The notes below the pieces were generated by a model. It made no database searches. It saw only the letters and a list, made by a program, of their open reading frames with translations, and was not told where the DNA came from. DNA of 64,000 nucleotides from NCBI GenBank assembly GCA_004764695.1, contig SMSO01000014.1, forward strand, positions 553,648 through 617,647. The letters run 5' to 3'. Shown piece after piece: positions 1 to 12,149 of the stretch (positions are counted from its first letter, which is position 1; the number at the start of each line of letters is the position of its first letter). The translations under genes were made by a program, and so were the position numbers. Source of the DNA: Schizochytrium sp. TIO01. Its lineage: Eukaryota; Protista; Bigyra: Labyrinthulomycetes.

Positions 1-381
1 AGCGGCTATTTCTGCCTGTAGCACGCTTGTATTAAAACCAAGGCGAGACATGTCATTCGAGCGTGCAAATTCATAAGTTGAAAGACCGCCTGAGCCGTAG
101 AGTTTTTCGACAAGGTTAAGAAATTCTGCTTTGATGGCTGCATCTGTTTCTTCTTTCTTCTCTTTTGAAACGTAGTAGAGCCCGCACGTGAAACGTGTTT
201 CCTCATCCATATGAGCAAGCCAAGGAGAGGTCAATTTAAGTAATGCAGGCACTTCCGGGAAAGCAGAACCCTGCAGCGGGATCAATTCTGGGGTAAGTTT
301 TGCATAGATCCCCGTCAGGGGGGTGTTTTTTGTATAGGGAAGGGGGACAAGAACAGAGAAAGGACAGGCGATGCACGGCAT
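1..381 (-). CDS. Partial hypothetical protein running off the left edge of the window (not in the supplied ORF track)
   Basis: Manual translation gives a stop-free minus frame from about 426 to position 1. First ATG at 381: MPCIACPFSVLVPLPYTKNTPLTGIYAKLTPELIPLQGSAFPEVPALLKLTSPWLAHMDEETRFTCGLYYVSKEKKEETDAAIKAEFLNLVEKLYGSGGLSTYEFARSNDMSRLGFNTSVLQAEIAA... True start or an upstream exon is uncertain; no family recognised. Confidence 0.5.
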   Translation of the reverse strand, partial: MPCIACPFSVLVPLPYTKNTPLTGIYAKLTPELIPLQGSAFPEVPALLKLTSPWLAHMDEETRFTCGLYYVSKEKKEETDAAIKAEFLNLVEKLYGSGGLSTYEFARSNDMSRLGFNTSVLQAEIAA

Positions 382-1565
382 ACAAAAAGTTGCTACTCCT
401 ACTGGAGTCAGAGAGTACCAGAGAGTCTAACCAGGTAGGTCCTGTTTGTAAAAAAGTAATCATTGCAGAACAAATTATGGGGGCACGAAGTCCATTCCAT
501 CTCTCAGCACCCGACTTCCTTCTTATTACTCCAACTTCATGGCAACGAAACCAGGCCTCGCTTAAATGCGGATAACAAGTTCCTCAAGCAGCTTGAAAGT
601 ATCTTGAACGCAGGCCTCGGTTTACGCTGCGCTGTAAAGCCATTCACAATTCCCGACGGCTTTCGCCTCCAGCAGTTCCGAGTTCCGTCGCGGTACCGAA
701 ACAGTTCTGCACTATTTCTATAGAGAGAAAGACGGCGGCACTCGCTCTCTGCCCCGAAGCAGAACACTTGTAGAACGATACGCAAACGTTCTGCCCTTGG
801 TTTCATCCCCCGAGGCTGGAGCTGCGATACTCTCGGTTGTGAAAGAAAAGTCAACTCTCAGCAGAGCTTGAGGAGGCCGAGGTCTCTAAGCGGCCTTCAG
901 TGAAGCGTTTGCGATAACAACCGATCGGCTCGTCGGCTAAACAGTTGGCAATTGTTTGTGAATTTCTTTGTAAAAGGAAAAGAGCGAGTGGAGGCGAATA
1001 AGAATTCTCTTGAAAGTATTTTTGTTTTTTTGTTTTTTCTCTCCACTTTTATTTGTTCATAAATAAACTCTGAAAAGTGAAGATAAATGAGGCTTACAGT
1101 AGAACAAAGGTTGAAAGCCGACTTACGGAAATCGAAAATCGACACCAAAGAAAAGAAAAGAAATAATGAAAGTTAGCAATGAATGTCCCGTCGCGAGTAT
1201 TCTGCTCATCCGTGGAAGCATACATATGCGAAGCAAAGGAGATAAAGTCTAAAGTGGACTCCGAAGAGGAGAGGTGAACTAATCCCTCCCTCCCTCGCTC
1301 GATCGCATCGCTGGCAGATTATAAGGCAGGCAAACCCGAAATAAGAGTCTCCGGAAAGTATTATTTTTTATTGTTTTAGTTTGAACAGGCCAATTGATTG
1401 ATTAATTGATAATTAATTAGGACAAAGGAGAAAGAATAAACTATTTATTCTAAGTTATTCTTCTTCTTTTGAGTCCTCTTCGTTGAGCACCAGTGGATTC
1501 CAATTCCAAAGCCATCGCGAAATTGGCGGCGGCGGCAAAGCAGTTTGGAGAAGCGAGAGAGCAAG

Positions 1566-2807
1566 ATGCAGGCGAGCGAAGGCGCAGTGACGGGCCTGAA
1601 GTGCTTCACGGCACCGGGCGTGGTGTTCACGACCCGCGAGGAGCTCCATGCGCACTACAAGTCGGAATGGCACAGGTACAACTTGAAGCGCAAGGTGGCT
1701 CAGCTGCCGCCCATTCCGAAGGAGATGTTCGACAAACTGCAGCTCATCGCGGCAGAACGCGAGCGTCAGAAGAACAGTGAGGTGAAGAAACGCGATCACG
1801 TGAAGGTGAGCAAACGTAGCGCAGAGAGCGAAACAGCAAGCACCAGTAATGCAAGCGCCAACCCCGGTGCGAATGCCTTGGAGGATGACGCCGACGAGGA
1901 TGCAGCAGAGCCGCAAAACCCCTATGAAATCGATGAGGAGGAGCTCCGCAAGAAGGTTGACCCGAAAGAGTGCTTCATGGATGGTAAAGTCAGTGAAGAC
2001 CTTGAAGGAACCCTGGCCTACATGCACAAGAAATATGGCTTCTACATTCCCGATGCGGAGTACGTGAGCGACTGGCAAGGTCTTTACAAATACTGCTCTC
2101 AGAAAGCCCGTGCAGGAAAACTGTGCCTGTATTGCGACAAACCCTTTAAGTCTGGAAAGGCTGCAATTCGCCATATGATTGACAAGGCGCACTGCAAGCT
2201 CCCTTGGGAAACCGATGAAGACCTCGAGGAATACGAAGACTTCTATGACTTCAGCGAACTCAACGATACTGACGAGGAGGGCGACGAAGATGAAGACGGA
2301 GACGAAGACATGGAGGAGCAGGAGGGCGAGACCGCGATGGTGGCCACCGAGAAAGCTACCAAGAAGAAGTCCGATGGTGACAAGCCTAGCAAGGCTCGCA
2401 AACCCAAGATCAAGCACGAGCTCATGGACACTGGTGAGATTGTCATCATTAACGAGGAGACCGGAACACGCCGTATCATGGGTCACCGTGATTACAAGAC
2501 TATCTACAAGCAACACTTTAAGCCCGAAGAAACTCGTCCTGCCATGCTTGCAGCAAGCAAGGAGCGTCTTCTGCTTGCGTACAAGAAGGCTGGAGTCGAC
2601 CCGAGCAGTACCACCACGCTTGCTCACCCGGCATTCAACAACACTCGCCCCCCTTGGTTGGACAAGAAGATTGCCAAGAAGCAGCTGACCGATATGCGAC
2701 GCAAGAACAAGTTCCAGTTGACCGGCGGTCTTGGCACCAACCTTCTTGTCAAGAACAAGGTTCACACCAAGAAGCAGATGGGTGCCGGTCACGGTGTCCA
2801 CGGTTAA
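1566..2807 (+). CDS. REI1: Cytoplasmic pre-60S maturation factor REI1/ZNF622 family zinc-finger protein
   Basis: Motifs HYKSEWHRYNLKRKVAQLPP, YGFYIPDAEY, CLYCDKPF...HMIDKAHCKL, FYDFS and MGHRDYKTIYKQ. First ATG at 1566; strong codon bias. Confidence 0.93.
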   Translation: MQASEGAVTGLKCFTAPGVVFTTREELHAHYKSEWHRYNLKRKVAQLPPIPKEMFDKLQLIAAERERQKNSEVKKRDHVKVSKRSAESETASTSNASANPGANALEDDADEDAAEPQNPYEIDEEELRKKVDPKECFMDGKVSEDLEGTLAYMHKKYGFYIPDAEYVSDWQGLYKYCSQKARAGKLCLYCDKPFKSGKAAIRHMIDKAHCKLPWETDEDLEEYEDFYDFSELNDTDEEGDEDEDGDEDMEEQEGETAMVATEKATKKKSDGDKPSKARKPKIKHELMDTGEIVIINEETGTRRIMGHRDYKTIYKQHFKPEETRPAMLAASKERLLLAYKKAGVDPSSTTTLAHPAFNNTRPPWLDKKIAKKQLTDMRRKNKFQLTGGLGTNLLVKNKVHTKKQMGAGHGVHG

Positions 2808-3619
2808 ATTACCTCTGCTGTTGTTTTCTTGTTTATCCCGTGTGCTGTCCGTTCCACAGTTTGTTCAGGGCTATCTCAATGGTCCAACTGCTGGTATCTC
2901 TTCTGCTGCTTCCATGTTTGTCCGCGACGCCAGCAAATATTCATATCGCTCTTGCACATTGCTACTTCCTTTGCTCTGGAGAGTGAACTGTTTGCTTTAG
3001 AAGTTCAGAGCAACATCGATTGTCAGTTTAATGTAAGTGCGCACAAATAAGGTGATCGTCTGATTGTAATGTGTCACGTCATCTTTAATTGCACTTGCTG
3101 GAAGAGTCAAAATGGCCACGGTCTACACTATTTCTATCCATGTCTTTGGTCTCACACGTGAGAGTGAAGATTCGTTTATTAGATAGCTATATTCTCTGCC
3201 TTTCTTAATGTGATTTTGTCTGCACTTTTTTTCTTCTTTCTATAGATTAATAGATATAGCGTTTTCCTTTCTAATCTTAAGATACAGAAGCTTTGGATTG
3301 CTTGCACCCCGGCTACCTACCGGCGCATGTAGTAATTTTCTTACTTCATGTATAGCTTTTTACTTGCATCAGCACATGTGACTCTGCCTCCCTCCGTTGA
3401 ATTTGCATTATCTTCTTTACTCATCATTCTTGACTTTAAGATCGAAGCAAAAAGGAAAGTGAGGATTCCTTGGTGGAAGATGAACCTTTGCTTTCATTAC
3501 ACGTGCATGCCCACGACTCTTTTTCAGTCTCTATGGTTTGCAAAAGCCCCTGTCCATGCCGATTTTCATGTTTAAAACGCCCACTTTGTCGTAGTAGCGC
3601 AGGCTAAGGTCATGTCTGA

Positions 3620-4890
3620 AACACCCTCTCTGCTGCCACGCGAGTATCAAGTCAAATCAGAAGAAAGTAATGTGAGGCTCGACACTAATTCACGACTCGA
3701 ATTCAAACAACTTTGGTTCGGCCTAAAGACTTCAGCTCTAGAGAAAGGTCTTTTTCAAGAATCTCTAGCTCCTGGGCAAGCACTCGAAGTCTTGTTGGTT
3801 CTTATCGCTCAAATTAAGGTGTGCAATCGACATAAGAAGTGGAATGGCCTAAACCTCCAAAAACAAGGTGTGCGAAGATCACGAGTAGCGTTGCCATGAT
3901 AGCCAGAGAAATCAAATACTTAGGTGCTGGCAAAGCGAAGCATCAAGTTCTGGGCACAAAGATTGAAGCACTAGGTAGGAGGTAGGTAGCCTCCATCTGT
4001 CCAGACACGCAACGAATGGTTGCACTACTGTAGATGATTTACCGCAGAGTGACTGTAAAGAAAGGGCTCATCCAGCGCGAAAGTGCAATCGAATCACTGT
4101 ACTACAACTCTACAAACGGAATTGGGAGTTCTTAGCCGTCGCAATGGTAGCGATCGTGCCGAGACTACTGGCCAAAACTACCTGGAGACCGAGGGAAGAA
4201 GCTGCAGGTAATCACGATCAACTTGAAAACCGCGCACAGCGCCGCAACTCAGCTCGACTCGGTTTGCGGTTTGGCTAATCTGTATCGAAAGGTAATGAAA
4301 GCCTATTCGCCCAAATCTGTGGCAGACAGCAGCTGCGAAAACAACATCAGCGACTGTAACGCCGTTACCAACGAAGCGCTGCTGAGCAGTTTGAAACCAT
4401 CGAGGCGAAGCACTATTGTAGATAGATAGGTCATGATGTGGCATTATTTTATCTTTATCACGATCCAGTCTAACGAAGTGCACGCGCGGATGCGAATGCA
4501 CGTGCGAATGCAAATTCAATTGAAGGCCGATTCTTACCTAGCCTTTCCAACAAAGAGGTTTTCGTAAAAACAGGAGATTATGGTGTACCATGGTAGTACT
4601 ATGGCCGAGCAAATGCTTTTGGTGATGGTAGTAGTGACAGTCATTGAGCTTAGTAGCGTCATTGGTAAAGTCCTGACCCTTGAAAAAGCTAAAGATGAGT
4701 TTGGCTGAGGCGTCATTCAAATTACAGCATATTTGGTCGGGAGAAAATCGCTCTGGACTCGGGCGGCCTTGACGATAGACACCCATCCAAGAATACAATC
4801 GAGGCTGGCATAAGGTTGAACGGGGGCGTTTCTGTCGAACCGAGGTTTCTCTTATAAAATGCAGTCGAAGCCTTGGCAATTGCAATTCAT
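3620..4890 (-). pseudogene. Possible decayed F-box/LRR gene remnant
   Basis: Fragments in shifting minus frames: F-box-like NLNDASAKLIFSFF (~4683-4724), LRR-like LRLDGFKLLSSASL (~4370-4412), LQSLCPELDASLCQHLS (~3918-3968) and RLHTL/NLSD across a frameshift (~3806-3830). Many stops. Confidence 0.3.
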
Positions 4891-6454
4891 TCGGGACGAA
4901 CTTTGCCAGATATTGTCTTTACTAGAGTGACTGCACTTTCCCAAAGATAATACTCGAAGAGGCCCTCAGAAAGGACACACTGAATGGGCGAGGGAAGAAG
5001 AGCTTAAGAACTTTGGGGAGTTGTTGAAAGTGAAGGTGAATTTGGAGGAGGAGTAGAGCACACTCTTTGCGCGTGGCAATCGCTCCTAACGGCAGCGGAC
5101 AGGCTGCAAACCGCAGAGAGTGCCGCCCCGGGCAACCGAGATTAAACAAAGAGGTGAGAGGCAGAGATGGGACTAGAGAGCGAGAGTTTTAGGGATAGTA
5201 TTTTGGGATGCAATCATTGGCTCAAAGGGGCCGAGGCATCGTTGGGGTCACATGAGACCATAAGGATTAATTTTCCTTGTGATGATGTGTCAACTGAGGA
5301 TGCTGAGGAGTCATGCGTTCAAGAATCTGATATTTCCGAGCACAGAAGTGCCGCTTACAAGTTTTTCTCATCAGCCTAGTTATAGCTGATCGTTTGTGTT
5401 GCTTTTTGGTGGGCGTGAGAATGGAAAACTGAAGATCGTTCGTTGCCCGAGTTGCTGGAACAGGAAGGAATTCTTTTCTTGAGCCTTGAAAAGTGACAGA
5501 AAAAGAAAAAGTGAAAAGGAAATATTACCTGGATGATGCTTTTTTTTTAAGATTTTACAGGAGAATTTGGGAATCCATTCCAGCAGAGATTGAATCTATA
5601 ATATCCTTGAAACAGCTTTGAGCGAATATCCTACGTCAAATACCTTCCAATGATATGCTCGCAGACTGGGTTCCCTTGCGTTTGTTGAGGAGCGCAAACG
5701 CCTAAAAAGCCGCCAAGGTGGGTGCGTAACAAATAAAAGAAAGCAAGCTTTTACTTCTCTATGTAAATAAGCAAGTTCTTTCATTTTTCTCTCTTTTTTA
5801 AAATAAATTAACTGACAGGGACCGGGTCCGATTCTGTTGGCAAAGACAAAATCAATCACTAGGTCTCGAACTCAGGGAAACGCTGCTTCGGGGCGAAGTA
5901 TACGAGGGCATTCATCTTTTCAAATTTATCAGGGCTTCCGTCAACTCGCAAGTGAGGCTTCTCTTCCTTTGTGCTTGCAAAGGGGGTCTTAACGTGACCA
6001 GCATCCGCAATCTCAAGGAGCTCTCCGCGCACGTGCAGCTGGCAGCGTGTACAATCAAGCCGAGCAAAAAGGGTCCCTGAAGAAGAACAACAAGAATAGG
6101 AAGCTCAACCTAGGCAACGTTCAAGAGTAGCAAAGCGCTAAAAGAAGACAAATATCGCAGCAGAGCTAGGCTAGGCGCTTGGTTGTATAGGAGCGGAGAC
6201 GGCAATCGTCTCACTTGCAACGACATAGCTCTGTTCGCTTTTCATCACTACCATAGGTGCCACCTTTGGGATTCATAAACAAATATATGTTTCTAGCTGC
6301 ATTCTGAGGGAGGGAAAGGAGTATCGCAGCAACAACAACCACGGCAACAATCACGATAACATCCACAACAATAACCAAGACAACGGTGCTCTGACACTTT
6401 CAGAATTGAGATTAGAATACTCGGGCTCGTGTGGCAGAACAAAGATTGGTCCCG

Positions 6455-7918
6455 ATGGCCTCCTCCATCATGGAGTACATTGAGGATGGCGATTTAGCTG
6501 CCGTGCAGCAGACGATCGCAGAAAACCCAGAGCTGATAAATGCTAGAATCTCATCGTCCGGAGGGACACCGTTGATGTACACACTATACAGTTCAAGTGA
6601 ATTTCACGCAGATATTGCCCAATGGCTCATTCGAGCAGGAGCAGATCTGGACATTCAGGATCGCAACGGCGATACTGCACTTATGCTTACTTCAACTCTT
6701 GGTGAGCCGGAGATTGCTCGCTTAATTGTGAGCAAGGGGGCTGATCTTGACCTTCAGAATGAGTTTGGTTCTACTGCTTTAATCGAGGCCTCACGCAACA
6801 AACAAGCAGAAATTGCTCAATTCCTAATTACTAAGGGTGCTGAGCTTAATTTCCAGGATCGTGATGGCAAATCTGTAATCATGTACGCAGCAGAATTAGG
6901 GCAGAGTGAAACTGTGGATATGCTTATTGCTGCAGGTGCAAGCATGGATTTACAAAGTAATGAAGGGTGGACTGCACTCATGTTTGCTTGTCGGTATGAC
7001 CATTTCGAGACAGCTGCTTTGTTGATCCAAAAGGGTGCTGACATCAATATTCAAGAACTGGGCGGCTGGAATGCTCTTCTGATTACATGTCGTTTCGAGC
7101 AGCCCGAGACTGCACAAATTCTAATTCAAAAGGGGGTTGATGTTGACGTGCTTGGTCCTGACGGCTGGACTGCTCTTATGTTTGCCACGCGATTCAATCA
7201 GCCGGAAACAGCTATCCTTTTGATTGAAAGTGGTGCTAGATTAGACATGCAAAATTTTGGCGGTTGGACGGCGCTTATGCTTGCTTCTCGGCACAACCAG
7301 CTCGACATTGTAGAGGCCCTCATCAAGAAGGGAGCCAGACTCGACACTCAGACCAAATCAGGCTGGACTGCATTGATGATGGCCTGCCAGCCCGTAGATC
7401 CAGTTCGTCACACGGGGGGCGACCTTATTAAGATTGTGAAGGCGTGCTGGGTGGGGGGTGCAGATTTGAATGCCAAGACGGACGATGGAAATGATGCTAT
7501 GGAGATTGCTGCCTTATCCGATCGAGAGGATATTGTTTCCTTTATAGAATTTGTACAGACTTCTGAGGTGGCCTTAGTTTTGCTGGAAGATATTGAGGCC
7601 CCAAGAGAGATGGTTGTTGCATTTTTTGACAATGATTACCTGACTATGGAGGACTGCGCTCGACTTACAGAGGATGACTTACAAAGCATTGGCATTAAAA
7701 TGACATTGCGCAAACGTGCGCTGCGAAGATTTCAAGGTATGCCAATCCCCCCGCGTTCATCGGTCACTCGCATGTCGCAGCATATGTCTGACCGCGTGAC
7801 ACAGATGTTTCAACGTGGATCAAAGACTGACCTAAGCCATGCTCGTGGTTGGCGGCGAATTTCATCTGGGTCCTCCATGCTCAGTTTCAGGCGGAACACC
7901 ACCACAAGCAACAACTGA
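6455..7918 (+). CDS. Ankyrin-repeat protein (about 10 repeats) with C-terminal SAM-like domain, paralog A
   Basis: Tandem 33-aa repeats (GxTALMxA...LIxxGAxLDxQ). C-terminal AFFDNDYLTMEDCARLTEDDLQSIGIKMTLRKRALRRF fits the SAM pattern (F..n.....L..LteeDL..lGI....R...l). First ATG at 6455. Confidence 0.9.
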   Translation: MASSIMEYIEDGDLAAVQQTIAENPELINARISSSGGTPLMYTLYSSSEFHADIAQWLIRAGADLDIQDRNGDTALMLTSTLGEPEIARLIVSKGADLDLQNEFGSTALIEASRNKQAEIAQFLITKGAELNFQDRDGKSVIMYAAELGQSETVDMLIAAGASMDLQSNEGWTALMFACRYDHFETAALLIQKGADINIQELGGWNALLITCRFEQPETAQILIQKGVDVDVLGPDGWTALMFATRFNQPETAILLIESGARLDMQNFGGWTALMLASRHNQLDIVEALIKKGARLDTQTKSGWTALMMACQPVDPVRHTGGDLIKIVKACWVGGADLNAKTDDGNDAMEIAALSDREDIVSFIEFVQTSEVALVLLEDIEAPREMVVAFFDNDYLTMEDCARLTEDDLQSIGIKMTLRKRALRRFQGMPIPPRSSVTRMSQHMSDRVTQMFQRGSKTDLSHARGWRRISSGSSMLSFRRNTTTSNN

Positions 7919-9490
7919 CAGAAACAAGCAGAAATGCCTCAAAAGAGTGTTTCGATTGCTCTTTTGACGAATAATCTCTTGTGCATATTATGTCCTTCTG
8001 CTCGCCTCTTGCTTAGCTTACACAACTCTGCTCGAAGCTTGCATATTGTCTACCCCCCATTTGTTTTGTCCCGTGTTTGCTCAGCATTAGTACACTGCTG
8101 GGATTTACCTTTTACCTACATATGAAAACTATTAGACAATTCGTAGTACTACTATTACCACCATCTTCAAACCTAATTCAACTTTTCCATCTACTACTTT
8201 TACTTGATACCTGGTAGAGCACCAGTAGGTGATTTTGCTCTTCTTCATTGTCTTCTTGTTCGCATTTGCGGTGGAGTATCAGTAAACTAAGTAACTTATA
8301 TTTTTATTTGGTCATCGAGTTTTAACTTGGTTAACTTGGTAAGGGCCGAGCCAACTCAATCTTCTGCTGCAATCTTTCAGGTGATGCTCGGCGAGCACAG
8401 CCACGACGACCGACTGTGAATCTTGAACAATCTGCCATGTTTCTTTTATTAGTTTGTTTTGTTTTGTTTTGTTTTATTTGATAGAACTCTCAGGTCATAC
8501 TGGAAGTGCTCGCTTCGATTTAAGGATTTGTGCTCGTCCATTCAGCACCTAAGCACCTTGAGATGGCTAGCTAGTTTCTTTCAACCAATTCCTGACCTCT
8601 TTCTACTAGGAAGGTACCATCACGTCTGGAGCCTCCCTTCCCCCCTGGCGATGGACTACTTATTTTGGGATACCACGGCATTCCGAACAGCCTCTTCAGA
8701 AGTTTGTTTTGTAGCACCTACATTCATTTCAAGATCTACTTGAATGTGCCTAGTATCTGCTTTTTCACGTGCTGTTATTTTTGCACTCAAAGTGCTAACA
8801 CTGTTATCTCGTTATTAGCTTCCTGGAATACTCAGAGAGAAATAATGATGCTTCGGAAGAGCACTTGTTCTCGTTCTCTGGCCCGTGCTCTCGCTCGCAG
8901 ACAGCTGCGCTGTTGTCGCTGCAGCTGCTGCGTTCGAGTGCTCCGCCTGAGGCCAAGCTGCACGGGCCTCGCGATGCGAAGTCGATCGAAAACACACGCA
9001 CACCCTCGCTCACAACGCGGCGTCATCAATGATCAATGATCATCGTTCAAGTTGAAGGTGTTGGTCATGGTAAGATTCACGCGCACACCAGGCAGCAAAG
9101 TATGCATTTAATGGCATGGAAGAAAGCGACTCGTTGACGGTCGGCAATGATCATGACTAACTTTCTCGAGAATGCTGCAAATGGGTGCACAGCGGCCGCA
9201 CTCAAGCAAGCAAGTAAGCAAGCAGCAGGCAAGCGCAGAAGTATTGTGGTGTATTGGGGAGACAGGTGCATGGCGATGAAAGCAGGGAATTTGTCAAATT
9301 GCCAAGAACGACTCGATTCAGATGACTCGCTCGTTGCCTGGATGTCGAGCCCAGAAGCTCAGCTGGTTCGATGACGAACAGCAGATGCGACGAAGCGCGT
9401 AGAAGCTATTGTTGTTAGATAGATGCGCTGACACCGACGTTTCGAGCTCGCTGAGTCGAATTACAAAATGGCTATGAACGAATCTGCATT

Positions 9491-9540
9491 CAACTCAACT
9501 CAACTCAACTCAACTCAACTCAACTCAACTCAACTCAACT
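9491..9540. repeat. (CAACT)10 microsatellite
   Basis: Ten perfect pentamer units read directly. Confidence 0.97.
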
Positions 9541-10530
9541 CAGCTCAATGCTGTGCAATGCAGTGCCATTGCCTTGCATTCATTGCGTGGGATTGCGTGG
9601 CCACAGAAAGAAAGCTGCTCAGCTCTTGAGATGGCCAGATCGCCATAGGTGAATCTGCAGTCTGGGCATTCATTCGCAGAGATGGTTCCCGCAGGATGGC
9701 CGTGCCTCGCTCGCTCGCCCGCTCGCTCGCTCAGAGGTTTGACTGGGAGGAGCGTTTGTAACTCTGCTCTTGTGCTAGCGCTCGCTGTTGATGGCGCGAA
9801 TGTGCGCAATGGCGGCTCCAACGAAGTTTCATGTTCAGGAACTAGTTTGCCACTAAGCTCCTGAACTCACTCGAGATCGATCGATCCATCGATTCGTCAC
9901 GCGCTCGCTCGCAGCACGTTTTCATGCGCTCGTTTGCAACGAGGCCACTGACCGCCCGGAGAGAGCTGCAGCGATGGGTCGATATCAACTTCGATCGCTC
10001 GGTCTGGAGCACCCTCGTCGCGAGGGGAGATTCGTCGGTCTCACGAATGGCGTAGTTTCTGCCGTCGAAGGCGAAGGTCTTGGCGAAGGAATGCAGGTGC
10101 CTAGGTAGCTAGGCAGGTCCTGCTCGCAAGCAACTGAGCAGAGCACGGACTGCGGTTCGATGCGCAGAAGCATCTCGATTGCTCTGAGATCGTCCAACCT
10201 TGCAACCGAAGGCGAGCGAGTGATGCATGAACGCCCGCCTCGACGGCCCATGAACGGCCCACCTTTGTGCAATCGAGGACGCCAGCAAATTGCGATCGAG
10301 ACCATGCCATGTCATGTCATGTCATGTCATGGGAACACCGCTCTCCAAAAGTTCTTCAAGAAGATGCCCAAGGAGCTCGACTTCGCGCAGGGCTGCGTTT
10401 GTCTCCCTGGCCAGGGCTTGACTTGAATTGGGAAAGTGTAGAAGAAGAAGAATACGCAGCACAAAGTAAACTCGCAAGTCGCCGTCGTCGTCGTCGCTGA
10501 TTAGCTTGAGATTTGAGACGCAAGACGATC

Positions 10531-10660
10531 ATGAGAGAACTCAATGAGAGAACTCAATGTGGGAATCAGATAAGAGAATCAGATGAGAGAACTCATGATG
10601 AGAGAACTCACGATGAGAGAATCAGATGAGAGAATCAGATAAGAGAACTCAGATGAGAGA
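10531..10660. repeat. Degenerate 13-15 bp minisatellite, unit approx. GATGAGAGAA(C)TCA, about 9-10 copies
   Basis: atgagagaactca atgagagaactca atgtgggaatcagataa gagaatcagat gagagaactcatgat gagagaactcacgat gagagaatcagat ... Confidence 0.9.
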
Positions 10661-12149
10661 GACAGAACTGAGACGTGGACCCATGAACCGTTTGTAAGAG
10701 GTGAGGAATGAGGGTAGTCTCGATGAAAACAACGAAACAACTGATTAGCTGACTGTTTGCCAATTGGCTCTGAGCCGCTTCAAGTCTTCTGCGAGGTACT
10801 TGCTAATCGAGCTCAACGATACTGCCACGAGAGCTCGACTTTATGTCAGTTCCGGACGCCCCGCGAAGCGCCTCGCGCCGAATCGCAAAGTAGTTTCTAG
10901 TAGGTACTATTTTGCGACTATGAATGATTCGTGCAGACTAAGCTTTGGCACAGTCTCTTCTTTAGAAAGAAATACTTATTTGTAAACATAAACCCATAAA
11001 CTTGAGCTTAAAGAAATAATAAAAACCTTTTTTAATTAAAAATAAATAAATAATAATCAATAGAAACTACGAAAAGAATAAGCCATAAATAACTTATTTA
11101 TCATGTGATTGGCCCTGATCTATTATACTCATATAGTTCTTTGTATGATTTCCGGGCTGTTTCATTGTGGGCAGCCAAAAAAACAAACTAATGAAGAGCA
11201 AGCGGGCGTGAGGATCAGAAGTGTTAAGGATAAAGGCACCACGCCGTCGGGAGGATCTTGAATCGCTCGGGCGGAGAGCGCTAAGAGAACTTAATTAGTT
11301 AGCAGGGAAACTAAGAATGGATCGATGAATGAAGAACTTGAAGAAACTCGAGAACTAATTTTGTGCTAAGCAGTGCTCATGGTCATTCGAGACTACCCGC
11401 GAAACGTGCGAGCTGAACTGTACACCTTGCAGTTGATATGATTTAGTGAATATTGAAAACGGCAGTGCTACGAAGAAATAGAGGGAGAAAATTACGGATG
11501 TTTTCTTCTTCCTTTTCCCCTTTTTCACTTACTTTATTATTAGCAAGAAAGAAAATTTATAGAATATTTGAAATAAAGAATAAAAATTGAAATCAGAGAA
11601 TTGATCATTGCGAAGCAGCTGGTCACGAGGAGCCGGGGCTAGTAATGGACTCGTGCACAGTGCAGAAACAGTAGGTTTAAACATGTATGTATCGGTCTTC
11701 GCGAGAGCTTCGTTGAAGTTAACTCGTTGGGTTATACAATTTACTTTCCACTCCGAAGATTACATTTTTAGTCCTTGCCGTGTAAAAAAGAAGCAACAAA
11801 TAAATAAATGTAATAGCCACGGCTAGCTAGGCCTGGATTGAATGAGATGACTGAGCTATTTATCGCCACGATCCTTTAAAAGCTGATCGATGTCACTCCG
11901 TGGCAGCAGAAACAGAATCGCACTGAAGTTCGGTGCAGCGGTAGTATCTATTGCATTTCCTGGATCGCGATCCTCCAATAACTGCACTGATGTTGCTCTC
12001 GCTTTGAGTGAAGGAAGTCATCAAATTACTTGCCTTTTCTTGCTTTCTTTTTTAATTAAAATCATCCATATATCTCATGATATATATGACAGTATTCTAA
12101 GTTTTAATAGAGAAAATGTTTTTTGAATAGAAATAGTTATGAGTGAGCC

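Noticed and set aside
1455-2801. 448-aa minus-strand ORF overlapping REI1
   Set aside because: Antisense shadow of a codon-biased gene; no recognisable motifs.
4178-4519. FVGNGVTVADVVFAAAV resembling a GST C-terminal capping box
   Set aside because: Isolated short match without a GST N-domain or ATG context; another frame fits the LRR-remnant reading as well.
10531-10660. Repeat array as a possible CRISPR
   Set aside because: No unique spacers, short degenerate units, eukaryotic context, no cas genes.
11230-11290. TCGGGAGGATC..TTGA resembling the SRP RNA Alu domain
   Set aside because: Only a few nucleotides match; no SRP helix 6/8 motifs found.
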